A stretch of DNA of 64,000 nt, from assembly GCA_021738565.1 (NCBI GenBank), contig JAIPBT010000020.1, positions 1,692 to 65,691 on the forward strand, written 5' to 3'. This stretch comes from Bacteroidales bacterium (GTDB taxonomy: Bacteria > Bacteroidota > Bacteroidia > Bacteroidales > GCA-2748055). The notes beneath the pieces are model-generated. The model saw nothing but the letters and a program-made list of their open reading frames with translations. It searched no databases and had not been told where the DNA came from. Position numbers and translations under genes: made by a program. This document shows positions 1 through 8,760 of this stretch, in pieces (the first letter of the stretch is position 1; each line of letters opens with the position of its first letter).

Positions 1-1128
1 CTCTCATATTACCTCCAACCGGATGTCTTTAAAGACAATCAGTTGTATATCCCTGAAACCAATAACAATGTGCCCGACATTATTGATGAAGCATTGTGGG
101 AGCTCGACTGGTGGCTGAGAATGCGTGACTCCAAAGGCGGTTACCTGACCGGACTTACCAATATTCGTCCGCCGGAAAATATCAATTATGCCGGTGCACC
201 ATGTGCATGGCAGGGTTGGTGTGTTGCAGGTGCGGCTGCAATGGCAGCTGACTGCTTCCGCCTGGCAGGAATGAAAGAGATGGAATCAAAGTACAAAGAT
301 GCAGCCATTGAAGCTTTTGAATGGGCTTCCAAACAAAAGGACTCAATGCTGGATGTAAAAGTTGATGAATTGAGGGGCCGTGATCTGCGGATGACAGCTG
401 CTGCATTTCTTTATAATCTGACTGGTGAAGAGAGATACGAAAAGATCATTGCGGAAGAAAGTGAGATCATGAAGGGCAATCTTACCATCAGAAGTTTTGG
501 TGAATTCGCTCAGCAATATGCCTCTGTTGCCTATATTTTTTGTCCCGGGAAAATATCCTATCCGGAATTGCAGAAAAATATGAGGCTGGTTTTTATCAAA
601 CAGGCCAAAGAAGACTATGTTGATAAAATGACTGAAAGCCCTACCAAAGCTGCACGGTGGACTTCAAGATGGGAGGGAATGTTTCAGACATCCAATGAAA
701 TGTCACTTGTGGCCATCGCTCACAAAATTTCGGATAACAGTGAAGAGAAAGCCTATCTTGAAAAAGGTATGTATGCTGAAGCTGAATGGACCCTCGGCAG
801 AAATCCTCTGGGATTGATACAAATGACAGGATTGGGTGAAAAGTGCATCACACAAACATTTGCTCCGGGAAGAAGAGATGGTTATCCCGGGGTAACCCCT
901 GGCTGGACTCCTTACATGTGCCGGGATGGCTGGGGCAATGATGATCATATTGTCCGCTGTGAATGGTACACGAACCGCAACTATCCGGAAAACAAAGAGA
1001 TATGGCCTTATGGTGAACATTTCTGGAACAGCAGGTACTGCGTTCCCAACAGTGAAACAACGCCCCAGCAGACATTCAGGCAAAAAATAGTTCTCTATTC
1101 TTACCTGTACGGATTGTCACAAAATTAA
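1..1128 (+). CDS. GH9-like (alpha/alpha)6-barrel glycoside hydrolase, C-terminal part (5' end outside window)
   Basis: Frame 1 is open from nt 1. The listed ORF merely begins at a TTG at 43. Motifs DEALWELDWWLRM and LGRNPLGLIQMTGLG resemble GH9 signatures. Confidence 0.5.
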   Translation, partial: LSYYLQPDVFKDNQLYIPETNNNVPDIIDEALWELDWWLRMRDSKGGYLTGLTNIRPPENINYAGAPCAWQGWCVAGAAAMAADCFRLAGMKEMESKYKDAAIEAFEWASKQKDSMLDVKVDELRGRDLRMTAAAFLYNLTGEERYEKIIAEESEIMKGNLTIRSFGEFAQQYASVAYIFCPGKISYPELQKNMRLVFIKQAKEDYVDKMTESPTKAARWTSRWEGMFQTSNEMSLVAIAHKISDNSEEKAYLEKGMYAEAEWTLGRNPLGLIQMTGLGEKCITQTFAPGRRDGYPGVTPGWTPYMCRDGWGNDDHIVRCEWYTNRNYPENKEIWPYGEHFWNSRYCVPNSETTPQQTFRQKIVLYSYLYGLSQN

Positions 1129-1184
1129 TTCTGTATAACATTATAAAACGTTACCAACAGGACAATACAAGCATTTTGTACTTA

Positions 1185-1388
1185 GTACTTGCAAGAACCG
1201 AGTTTACGAACTCAGCGAAGCTAAAACGCCAATAGCTGCGTTATGCTCGATTTCAAAACAGTCATTTACGCTTAATAATGTTCGTTTGCAAGGGCTGCGA
1301 AGTCGGGAGATGCCGAGTCCTGATATATTATCGGGATGAGCAATTTCTCAACGAGCGTAACGCAGCAAACGGACTTTATGGACAGACA
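1185..1388. mobile_element. Family-1 palindromic MITE-like element, composite copy A
   Basis: Nt 1275-1387 are about 90 percent identical to 28071-28183. The right end CTTTATGGACAGACA abuts the racemase stop codon. The left end GTACTTGCAAGAAC resembles the GTACTTGTCAATAAAG end of the other copies. Confidence 0.6.
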
Positions 1389-2465
1389 CTAACTATAATT
1401 TACCCGTTTATCAATGTATTTTGAATTAATGGTTCGCAGTACCCCCATATAATCCATTTTGAATTCCAGAAGATCACCGACCTTGTAATTCTTTTCATTA
1501 TTGCCCAGATCAATAACAAACATATCACTGCTACCCCCGACCATGTTTATATCTTTATCAACCAATTCAATATGACTCTCTTCCACATCCAGCAGACCTA
1601 TATCTACAATTGCCCTGAACGAGCGTTTTCCGGCATTCTTCTGATCAAATTCAAAACTGCTGCCTTCTACATTCTGGCCCATTTCACCGATAGGAACCTG
1701 CGGTTTCTCAATTAATTCAATAATTTCAGCAAACAAACTGAAAACATCAGGGTTCATCTTGTCGATCGTTGAATTGTTGTAAAGATCGGTTCCAAGAAAC
1801 AGTGTCTCTCCTACCCTGAAATGGTTGATCCCTTCCGGCAGCAATCCCTGGAAAATAAGAGGAATTGTAACTGAGGAACCTCCAGAAACAAAAGGGATAT
1901 GCCTGTTGAATTTGGCCTCTACCAATTGCTCATAAAGACACAGCTGAATGAGTTTGTCATGGTTGGGCAAAACTCCGTACAGACAGGTCAGATTTGCTCC
2001 GATCCCGATTACTTCAATGTTCTTTAACCGGAAAACCACTTCATAAAATGCCATGAAGTCCTCTCCCATAACTCCTTCCCGAAGTTCGCCAAGCTCTATC
2101 ATTATGAGGATCTTATGCTTCTTATTCTGTCTCTGTGCCTCTTCTGAAAGAAGTTTTATGGTATTGATCTCAGTGTTAACACTTATATCAGCGTATTGAA
2201 CAACACTCTTTATGGCCCGTTTTGCCGGGGGCTTTATGTAAATGGTCTCAATGTCCGGTTTGAGTGATTTAATGGTTTTAAGGTTCGATACCCTTGAGTC
2301 ACACACCTGCTTGATGTCAAGTTTCAGCAACTCCGACAAGAACATCCTGTTACCACTTAATATTTTGGTAACTACTGAGAATTGTATGTTTCTTTTCCTG
2401 AATAATTTATCAAGATACTCATAATTCTCCTTCAGCTTTTGAATATCTAATTCAATATATGCCAT
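1389..2465 (-). CDS. PLP-dependent alanine-racemase-fold protein (ornithine/amino-acid racemase-like, YhfX type)
   Basis: 358 aa with the N-terminal TIM-barrel pattern and candidate PLP lysine (FSVVTKILSGN) typical of the Ala_racemase_N family. Confidence 0.6.
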   Translation of the reverse strand: MAYIELDIQKLKENYEYLDKLFRKRNIQFSVVTKILSGNRMFLSELLKLDIKQVCDSRVSNLKTIKSLKPDIETIYIKPPAKRAIKSVVQYADISVNTEINTIKLLSEEAQRQNKKHKILIMIELGELREGVMGEDFMAFYEVVFRLKNIEVIGIGANLTCLYGVLPNHDKLIQLCLYEQLVEAKFNRHIPFVSGGSSVTIPLIFQGLLPEGINHFRVGETLFLGTDLYNNSTIDKMNPDVFSLFAEIIELIEKPQVPIGEMGQNVEGSSFEFDQKNAGKRSFRAIVDIGLLDVEESHIELVDKDINMVGGSSDMFVIDLGNNEKNYKVGDLLEFKMDYMGVLRTINSKYIDKRVNYS

Positions 2466-2526
2466 CGCTTATATTATAAGAGACCATTTGAAAAGTCATT
2501 GTTTCACCGACAAGGTCAACTACTTT

Positions 2527-2976
2527 TTAACCAGCCGGCTGTTTGAAACGCATCTCCATATATTTGCTGGTAAAGCCTACTTTTTCATAAAGAAAGCGAG
2601 CCGGGTTATCTGGTTCCACATGCAAGGCAATGTCACCTTTCGCATTTTCAATCGCTTTTTTCATCAGGTATTTTCCGATTCCTTTTCCACGCATCTCGTT
2701 GTGAGTTGCGATGTAAACAAGTATATTTTCAGGAATGTATCCCGACATTCCTGTCTGATTGACCACCACAACCCCTGAGATATCTTCACCCTCATAGGAA
2801 ACAAGTAAGAAACCTCCGAAACTATGGTATTCCTTCAGCGAATAATCAACTGCCTTTTTGATATCCTCCCAGGAGTCACCATACTGCTCCAGGTGATGGA
2901 AGAGGAAATCAATAATGTTTTTTTTGGTCGTTTCATCTGGTTTTGAATCCTCATGAAACAATTTTGGTTCTGTCAT
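2527..2976 (-). CDS. GNAT family N-acetyltransferase
   Basis: 149 aa with acetyl-CoA motif A RGKGIGKYLMKKAIE. Confidence 0.75.
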   Translation of the reverse strand: MTEPKLFHEDSKPDETTKKNIIDFLFHHLEQYGDSWEDIKKAVDYSLKEYHSFGGFLLVSYEGEDISGVVVVNQTGMSGYIPENILVYIATHNEMRGKGIGKYLMKKAIENAKGDIALHVEPDNPARFLYEKVGFTSKYMEMRFKQPAG

Positions 2977-3267
2977 AACTCATACAATTTTTTTGTTTTT
3001 ACATCCATACATAAATATAGAAATAAATGAAATATACAAATCTTTTTTTATAAGAAACAGATGAGCAAACATAATATAGTTGCCTGACATCATTAAAAAT
3101 CTCTATACATCCTAATGTATTTAATTGATTTTCTGTGGATTGTAATGAATAAAAATTCATCTCAAGCAGTCTCGATGTTATTTTGTTTGGTTTTTTATGA
3201 GAAGCGGCAGGTCTTACATATCTACATAAACGAATACATTGCCATTTCTCCTGCAGAAACAGAGAAT

Positions 3268-3879
3268 TTAATGTACTTTTAGTATTACAAAAACACTTTT
3301 GTTAATCTCTTTCTCTGTGACACCTATATTTAAGGTCTTGCAATATGCTTTGAGCCCCCCGAGAGACAGGTATGACTTAAAATTACTGTTATGTTCCTCT
3401 CCTGCGATCCATTCGATGGCCCGGGTAACCAACCCTTTGAATCCACCGGGCAATGGATGCTGGTAATCCATGAGTATCATTTTTTTTGCGATCCTTTTGG
3501 CCTGTTCCAGAATTGAAAGTGCAGCAGCATATTCAAATTGATGGATGGCCATAGAGATATATGCAATATCGTATTGATGATCATCAAAACGCGACAAGTC
3601 CAAAGCATTCATTTCAATAAACTGAACATTGCCTGTATTGTTCTTCTTTGCTCGTTTTCGGGCAAATTCAATCATCTGACCCGAAATATCAATCCCGGTA
3701 ACATTGCCTGCACGCAATGAACATAGAAAAGCAAGTGTGCCGTTCCCGCATGCAATATCAATCACGTTGCTGTTGACAGGGATCAGTTCGGCTGCTGCTT
3801 TGTGTGCATTACGAAGCAGCGGATCGATCACGGTCAGGTATGAATTAAACATAGGCAAAAGATTGGAAACAAAGAACAA
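3268..3879 (-). CDS. class I SAM-dependent methyltransferase
   Basis: Motif I VIDIACGNGTLA, followed by the acidic residue of GIDIS. Confidence 0.8.
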   Translation of the reverse strand: MFFVSNLLPMFNSYLTVIDPLLRNAHKAAAELIPVNSNVIDIACGNGTLAFLCSLRAGNVTGIDISGQMIEFARKRAKKNNTGNVQFIEMNALDLSRFDDHQYDIAYISMAIHQFEYAAALSILEQAKRIAKKMILMDYQHPLPGGFKGLVTRAIEWIAGEEHNSNFKSYLSLGGLKAYCKTLNIGVTEKEINKSVFVILKVH

Positions 3880-3950
3880 AACTAATAAAAAGTCAATTTA
3901 CGGGAAAAAACTGAAATAAATTTCCTGAGTTTTACGTCTCCAATTAACTC

Positions 3951-3987
3951 TGCGGTTAAATGTTGCGGTTAAATTCTGCGGTTTAAA
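3951..3987. repeat. three tandem direct repeats of TGCGGTT(T)AAA, 13-bp period
   Basis: TGCGGTTAAA at 3951 and 3964, and TGCGGTTTAAA at 3977, in the divergent methyltransferase/pcm intergenic region. Confidence 0.7.
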
Positions 3988-4141
3988 CAGTATCCGTGTT
4001 TTTATCGTTTATCCCTTGTCAAATCTCTGAAATTTCGGTCCAGCCTACAAAACAGAAATATCAAAGGAGAATATTGGGGAAGTCCAATGTTGCTTTCTGC
4101 TTGATTTCAACAGTTATTTTTTATACTTTGTTGCTGTTATC

Positions 4142-4876
4142 ATGAGAACTGTTTTTTCAATAGTATTTTTTCTTTCCTGTTGCCTGCTAATGGTTTACAG
4201 CCAAACTGAACACGATTATTTTGAAGAAAGAAAAGAGGAGCGCCGCAATATGGTATACAGGGATGTTGCCAATTACAGGGGAATTGATATTTACGATACT
4301 GCGGTGCTGGGTGCAATGTTCAGGGTTCCCCGTCATGCTTTTGTAATCAATGAAATGCAGCCATATGCCTATCAGAATACACCTTTACCCATTGGATTTG
4401 AGCAAACAATCTCTCAGCCTGTGATTGTAGCCTCAATGACACAATTGCTCGAAGCAGAAAAGGAAATGAAAATCCTTGAGATTGGAACAGGCAGCGGCTA
4501 CCAGGCAGCCATCCTGGCAGAACTTGGATGTGAAGTGTTTACAATTGAAATTGTGCCTGAACTGGGATTAAGGGCAAAAAATACACTTGAAAAATTGCAT
4601 TATGAAAACGTCCGCGTGAAAGTGGGTGATGGTTACGAAGGATGGCCCGAATACGCTCCGTTTGACAGGATCATCGTAACTTGCGCCCCGGAACAGGTCC
4701 CCGCCCCGTTAAAAGAACAGCTAAAACCAGGCGGAAAAATAGTAATTCCAGTCGGAAGTACCCGGTCCATCCAGTTCCTGGTGGTTTTGGAAAAAAACAG
4801 GAAAGGAAAATTGAGGGAAAATATAAAATACCCGGTAAGATTTGTTCCCATGACCGGCAAAGCCCGGGAGAAATGA
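4142..4876 (+). CDS. pcm: protein-L-isoaspartate O-methyltransferase
   Basis: Motifs TISQPVIVA and ILEIGTGSGYQAAILAE, with an N-terminal signal-like segment. Confidence 0.9.
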   Translation: MRTVFSIVFFLSCCLLMVYSQTEHDYFEERKEERRNMVYRDVANYRGIDIYDTAVLGAMFRVPRHAFVINEMQPYAYQNTPLPIGFEQTISQPVIVASMTQLLEAEKEMKILEIGTGSGYQAAILAELGCEVFTIEIVPELGLRAKNTLEKLHYENVRVKVGDGYEGWPEYAPFDRIIVTCAPEQVPAPLKEQLKPGGKIVIPVGSTRSIQFLVVLEKNRKGKLRENIKYPVRFVPMTGKAREK

Positions 4877-5053
4877 TCTGATATGCAGCAAAGATTTTTT
4901 CTCTCGAGAGGAAATTAAAAATTGATGAACTGGAAAAGCTGATCAGTCAATCTCACATAGATTAGGATTTCAATCCCGGCATTTTTTCGTATTGACCAAA
5001 CCAATTCAACCATAATTAAGTTATACTTGTAGCGTAATTATTTATTTATACCA

Positions 5054-6424
5054 ATGCAAGCAATTATGAAAAGCTACAGGATAATTTTAATGATGGTATT
5101 GATTGCGGTTATCGCATATGGCTGCAGGGATCCTGAACCAGATGAAACGGAAATACTCAACGAATGGATTTGGGACGTGATGAATGACGTTTACCTTTGG
5201 TCGGAGGATATTGATCCAAGTCTTTACCCTACAAATGAAACGGATCCTGAGGCGTTTTTTTACAGTATTTTGTCTGATAATGACCGGTTTTCCTGGATCG
5301 TGGATGATTACCAGGCACTGCTGAACAGTTTTAACAACATTGAACTTTCTTCCGGTATTTCGCCTTACTTCATCAGAGCAGGAGAAACAGACCAGGTCGT
5401 CGTCATTGTGGAATATGTATCGAAAGGTTCACCTGCAGAAAGTGCAGGAATAATGCGTGGGGATATAATTGTAGAGATAAACGGTACAATGCTCACCATT
5501 GACAATTATGTTGACCTTTTTTACAATGAAAGCCTGACGCTGGAATTTGCTGATTTTACCGATTCCGGTATCACTGCCAATGGAAAGTCAGTAAGTATAA
5601 CTGCCAAAGTGATAGAACAAAATCCAGTGATCTACAGTGATGTTATTGATTTCCATGATCAGAAAATTGGTTACATAGTTTACACTGGTTTCAGTCTCGG
5701 AGAGGGAAATAAATGGCAGGATTCACTGGATTATATCTTTGCAGATTTTCAGAACAGCGGAATCACAGATCTTATCATGGATATCCGCTACAACCCCGGG
5801 GGAAGGGTATCTGTGGCAACACATATTGCATCCACGATCAGCCCTTCGGATATCCCTGGCAGTGAGAATGTTTTTGTAAATTACGAATGGAACAGCGCCT
5901 ATAACGAATACTTTTTGAACGAAGAAGGAGAAAACTCGGAAAACCTTGTGGTTCTTTTCGAGGATGATCCTTATATTAACTTCGATCTTGATAACATATA
6001 TTTCCTTACTTCACCTCACTCTGCTTCAGCTTCAGAACTAATTATTATTGGTCTGCAACCATATATGAACGTGGTTCAAATCGGGGAATACACGTACGGA
6101 AAATGTTATGGTTCAATCACAATACCGGATATAGAAGATCCACCCAGGCACAACTGGGCAATGCAACCCATTGTGTTTAAATTTGCCAATGCAGATGGTT
6201 TTACAGATTTTAATGATGGACTCGTTCCTTCAATCTATATTGATGATAACCTTTTAATTGCCAAACAATTTGGAGATATTACAGATCCGATCGTGGCCCG
6301 TGCACTTGAAGAGATTACCGGTGTTTCACCCGTTTCTAAAAAAGCTTTATCAAGACGCACTTCAATCGGCTATGAATTGCTTCCAGATCCTGTAAGGGAT
6401 ATGAAGAGCAGTGCTATTAAATAG
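5054..6424 (+). CDS. S41 family peptidase lipoprotein with PDZ domain
   Basis: Lipobox AYGC, PDZ-like GSPAESAGIMRGDIIVEING, and S41 motifs YNPGGRVS and TSPHSASASELII. Confidence 0.75.
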   Translation: MQAIMKSYRIILMMVLIAVIAYGCRDPEPDETEILNEWIWDVMNDVYLWSEDIDPSLYPTNETDPEAFFYSILSDNDRFSWIVDDYQALLNSFNNIELSSGISPYFIRAGETDQVVVIVEYVSKGSPAESAGIMRGDIIVEINGTMLTIDNYVDLFYNESLTLEFADFTDSGITANGKSVSITAKVIEQNPVIYSDVIDFHDQKIGYIVYTGFSLGEGNKWQDSLDYIFADFQNSGITDLIMDIRYNPGGRVSVATHIASTISPSDIPGSENVFVNYEWNSAYNEYFLNEEGENSENLVVLFEDDPYINFDLDNIYFLTSPHSASASELIIIGLQPYMNVVQIGEYTYGKCYGSITIPDIEDPPRHNWAMQPIVFKFANADGFTDFNDGLVPSIYIDDNLLIAKQFGDITDPIVARALEEITGVSPVSKKALSRRTSIGYELLPDPVRDMKSSAIK

Positions 6425-6475
6425 AGTCTGTCAATAAAGTTGCAGTGGCTGATAAACAGTGTCAGCACCAGTGCC
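6425..6475. repeat. Family-1 element fragment or minimal copy D
   Basis: GTCTGTCAATAAAGTTGCAGTGGCTGAT matches the left 30 bp of copies B and C. It fills the whole gap between the convergent S41 and pyrD stop codons. Confidence 0.45.
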
Positions 6476-7519
6476 TCAGGATTTGTATCTTTTTAACAAG
6501 GCTTTGTTGATCCTTCGAACAAATCCGGGACCGTTGTAAATGAAACCTGTGTAAACCTGGATCAAATCTGCTCCGGCATTCAGCATATTCATTGCATCAA
6601 CAGCCGACATGATGCCTCCTACCCCAATGATGGGCATCTCCCCGTTTGTTTTCGTATGGATGTACCTGACAACTTCAAGACTCCTTGAAGTCAATGGTTC
6701 ACCGCTCATGCCTCCGTTTCCTATTTCATGAATCAAATCATCACTTGTTTTTAATCCCTCCCTTGTAATCGTTGTATTTGTAGCAACAACACCATCGATT
6801 CCATATTTTCTTATGATATCCAGCGAAGCATCGATCTGCTTGTTATTCAGATCGGGAGATATCTTTAACAGAATTGGAATGTAATGATCCTGCTTGTTGC
6901 GTATCGAAGATAGTCGGCCCAGTATCTTTTCCAATCCATCCTGGTCCTGCAATTCATGCAGGTTGGATATATTTGGACAGCTTACATTGACAACAAAATA
7001 ATCAACATATTCATATAAGGCCCTGAAACAAAATTCATAATCAGAAACTGCATCTGCATTTGCAGTATCCGTATTCTTGCCAATGTTTCCGCCAATGACA
7101 AGTCCTTTCCCGCGCATTTTTTTCAGTGCATCTGCAAGTGCCTCAACCCCGTGATTGTTAAATCCCATTCGATTGATCAATCCCTTGTCATCCGTTATTC
7201 GAAAGCTCCGTGGCTTTGGATTTCCTGGTTGTGGCCAGGGAGTCACAGTTCCAACCTCAATATGGGAAAAACCAAAATTGAAAAATTCATTGTAGGCCTC
7301 TGCATTTTTATCAAAACCCGCGGCCAGACCAACAGGATTTAAAAATTTCATTCCCAGGAACTCCAGCTCCAGCAAAGGATCACTTACATGGTAATATTTT
7401 CGCAAAATAATGGCTATACCAGGTATCTTAAAAGCAATTTTAACTACCAATAAAACAGCATTGTGGACATTTTCAGGAGAGAAGAAGAAAAGTAAAGGTC
7501 TGATTAAATACCTGTACAT
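6476..7519 (-). CDS. pyrD: quinone-dependent dihydroorotate dehydrogenase (class 2)
   Basis: 347 aa with an N-terminal membrane helix and motifs GFNNHG, NVSCPN and IGVGGI. Confidence 0.9.
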   Translation of the reverse strand: MYRYLIRPLLFFFSPENVHNAVLLVVKIAFKIPGIAIILRKYYHVSDPLLELEFLGMKFLNPVGLAAGFDKNAEAYNEFFNFGFSHIEVGTVTPWPQPGNPKPRSFRITDDKGLINRMGFNNHGVEALADALKKMRGKGLVIGGNIGKNTDTANADAVSDYEFCFRALYEYVDYFVVNVSCPNISNLHELQDQDGLEKILGRLSSIRNKQDHYIPILLKISPDLNNKQIDASLDIIRKYGIDGVVATNTTITREGLKTSDDLIHEIGNGGMSGEPLTSRSLEVVRYIHTKTNGEMPIIGVGGIMSAVDAMNMLNAGADLIQVYTGFIYNGPGFVRRINKALLKRYKS

Positions 7520-7546
7520 ATAATTTTTTCACAAATATAACAGAAT

Positions 7547-8038
7547 TCATTTTGCCGGCTTATAGGTATCGAATGAATTATCTGTATAGAGTAAAATGAT
7601 CCTCGCAATTTCTTTTCCCCGCAAAGAATTGTCATTCATTCCTGCCAGAGAACCGCCAGATCTCTTAAGAAACTCCTGTGATTCAATAGCATCATTCGAT
7701 TCATTGTCGCCATCTTTTAACTCATTCGGATCAAAAATAACCTGATCACCTCCCTCTGTCTTATCAATGCCCTTGTTGATTTCATTATCTTGCTGATCGC
7801 CAAATAGAGTGGTAGAGGCTCCACCTTGCCGTGAATACATGCTTCCCCTTCCAAGCAACAGCCATTCCGCACTTATCATAGGAAATTCCTTCAAAGTTTT
7901 CTGCAAAAAATCAAAACTGGGCTTGTTGCGGCCAGATATAATATGCGAAATACTCGATCGCTGAACACCAATAATGTCAGCGAATTTAGCAGAAGAAAGA
8001 TGTTCTGCATCCAAAAGTTGAATTATGCGATCCTTCAT
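7547..8038 (-). CDS. XRE-type helix-turn-helix transcriptional regulator
   Basis: N-terminal HTH SSAKFADIIGVQRSSISHIISGRNKPS and FPMISAEWLLLGRG, typical of Bacteroidota phage-repressor-like HTH proteins. Only 27 bp upstream of pyrD. Confidence 0.75.
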   Translation of the reverse strand: MKDRIIQLLDAEHLSSAKFADIIGVQRSSISHIISGRNKPSFDFLQKTLKEFPMISAEWLLLGRGSMYSRQGGASTTLFGDQQDNEINKGIDKTEGGDQVIFDPNELKDGDNESNDAIESQEFLKRSGGSLAGMNDNSLRGKEIARIILLYTDNSFDTYKPAK

Positions 8039-8052
8039 ATGATTTTCTGTTT

Positions 8053-8111
8053 TTACAAATGTAACAAATTGTTAGTTTACTTATGTAATTCTATATTATT
8101 TACATATGTAA
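8053..8111. promoter_or_regulatory. three phased TTAC-N4-GTAA palindromes (candidate operators) upstream of the HTH gene
   Basis: TTACAAATGTAA at 8053-8064, TTACTTATGTAA at 8077-8088 and TTACATATGTAA at 8100-8111, spaced 24 and 23 bp apart, 15-73 nt upstream of the ATG at 8038. Confidence 0.5.
8056..8063 (-). promoter_or_regulatory. candidate Bacteroidota -7 promoter box TACATTTG (TAnnTTTG)
   Basis: On the minus strand the sequence reads TACATTTG, ending 17 nt before the HTH ATG. It lies inside the proximal palindrome. Confidence 0.4.
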
Positions 8112-8760
8112 TTTTCTTTGATTTAAGTGTTGTTTAAACGGTTGTTACTGTAGAATCCTGTCTGTAGAAAAATTAAAGATTTTCCAGGAATATGTATGTA
8201 GAAGATATTTTGGGGATAATAATTCACAATGTTCAATAATACAACATATTGAATCAGATAATTATTGATTTAATAAGTGTCATATCGTTCGATTTGGTAA
8301 CAATTTGCCATCCAAAACAGTTATATGAACTATAACTATATATAAATTTAGGTATTTTACTGGTTATTAGTGATTTAAATATTAAATATTTCTATCTGAA
8401 AGGTATTTACAATCAATCTTTTCAAATAATACCTATATTTTAATTTAGATGAGAATCATATATAATTGTTATACAGTCCTTTAAAAGCTATAAGTTACGA
8501 ATTAAAAGTAGATATATTATTGATTACATATGTAATCTATATGTGTAGAGAAGTGTGTATACTTATGTAAACTTATTGGTGTTGGTATTTGTTAATCTGT
8601 TGCTATATGTAAATTTATATAAGGATGTAGTGTTCTGCAACTTAATTGGGTGTGGTTAACCTGAAATTCCAATAGTCATCATTGGCGCAAATCAATATCT
8701 TACTTTCTAAAATATCCTTACGGAGGGACTGGCAAGTTGCCTGTCGCTGTTTTGATATTA

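Noticed and set aside
3951-3987. CRISPR-like array.
   Set aside because: The repeats are only 10-11 bp with 2-3 bp between them, there are just three units, and no cas genes are present. This is a tandem repeat or binding-site array, not CRISPR.
4901-4910. Palindrome CTCTCGAGAG downstream of pcm, considered as a possible terminator.
   Set aside because: It is a perfect palindrome with no loop and no following T run. It would make a poor hairpin and may simply contain a restriction-site-like sequence.
8039-8760. Possible replication origin, suggested by an AT-rich region with DnaA-box-like 9-mers. TGGGGATAA, TGTGTATAC and TGTGGTTAA each sit one mismatch from the complement of TTATNCACA.
   Set aside because: There are only one-mismatch hits, at roughly the number expected by chance in 720 bp of AT-rich DNA. 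No exact boxes, no dnaA/dnaN neighbourhood and no obvious box clustering are present. The question is left open for a GC-skew check on the full genome.
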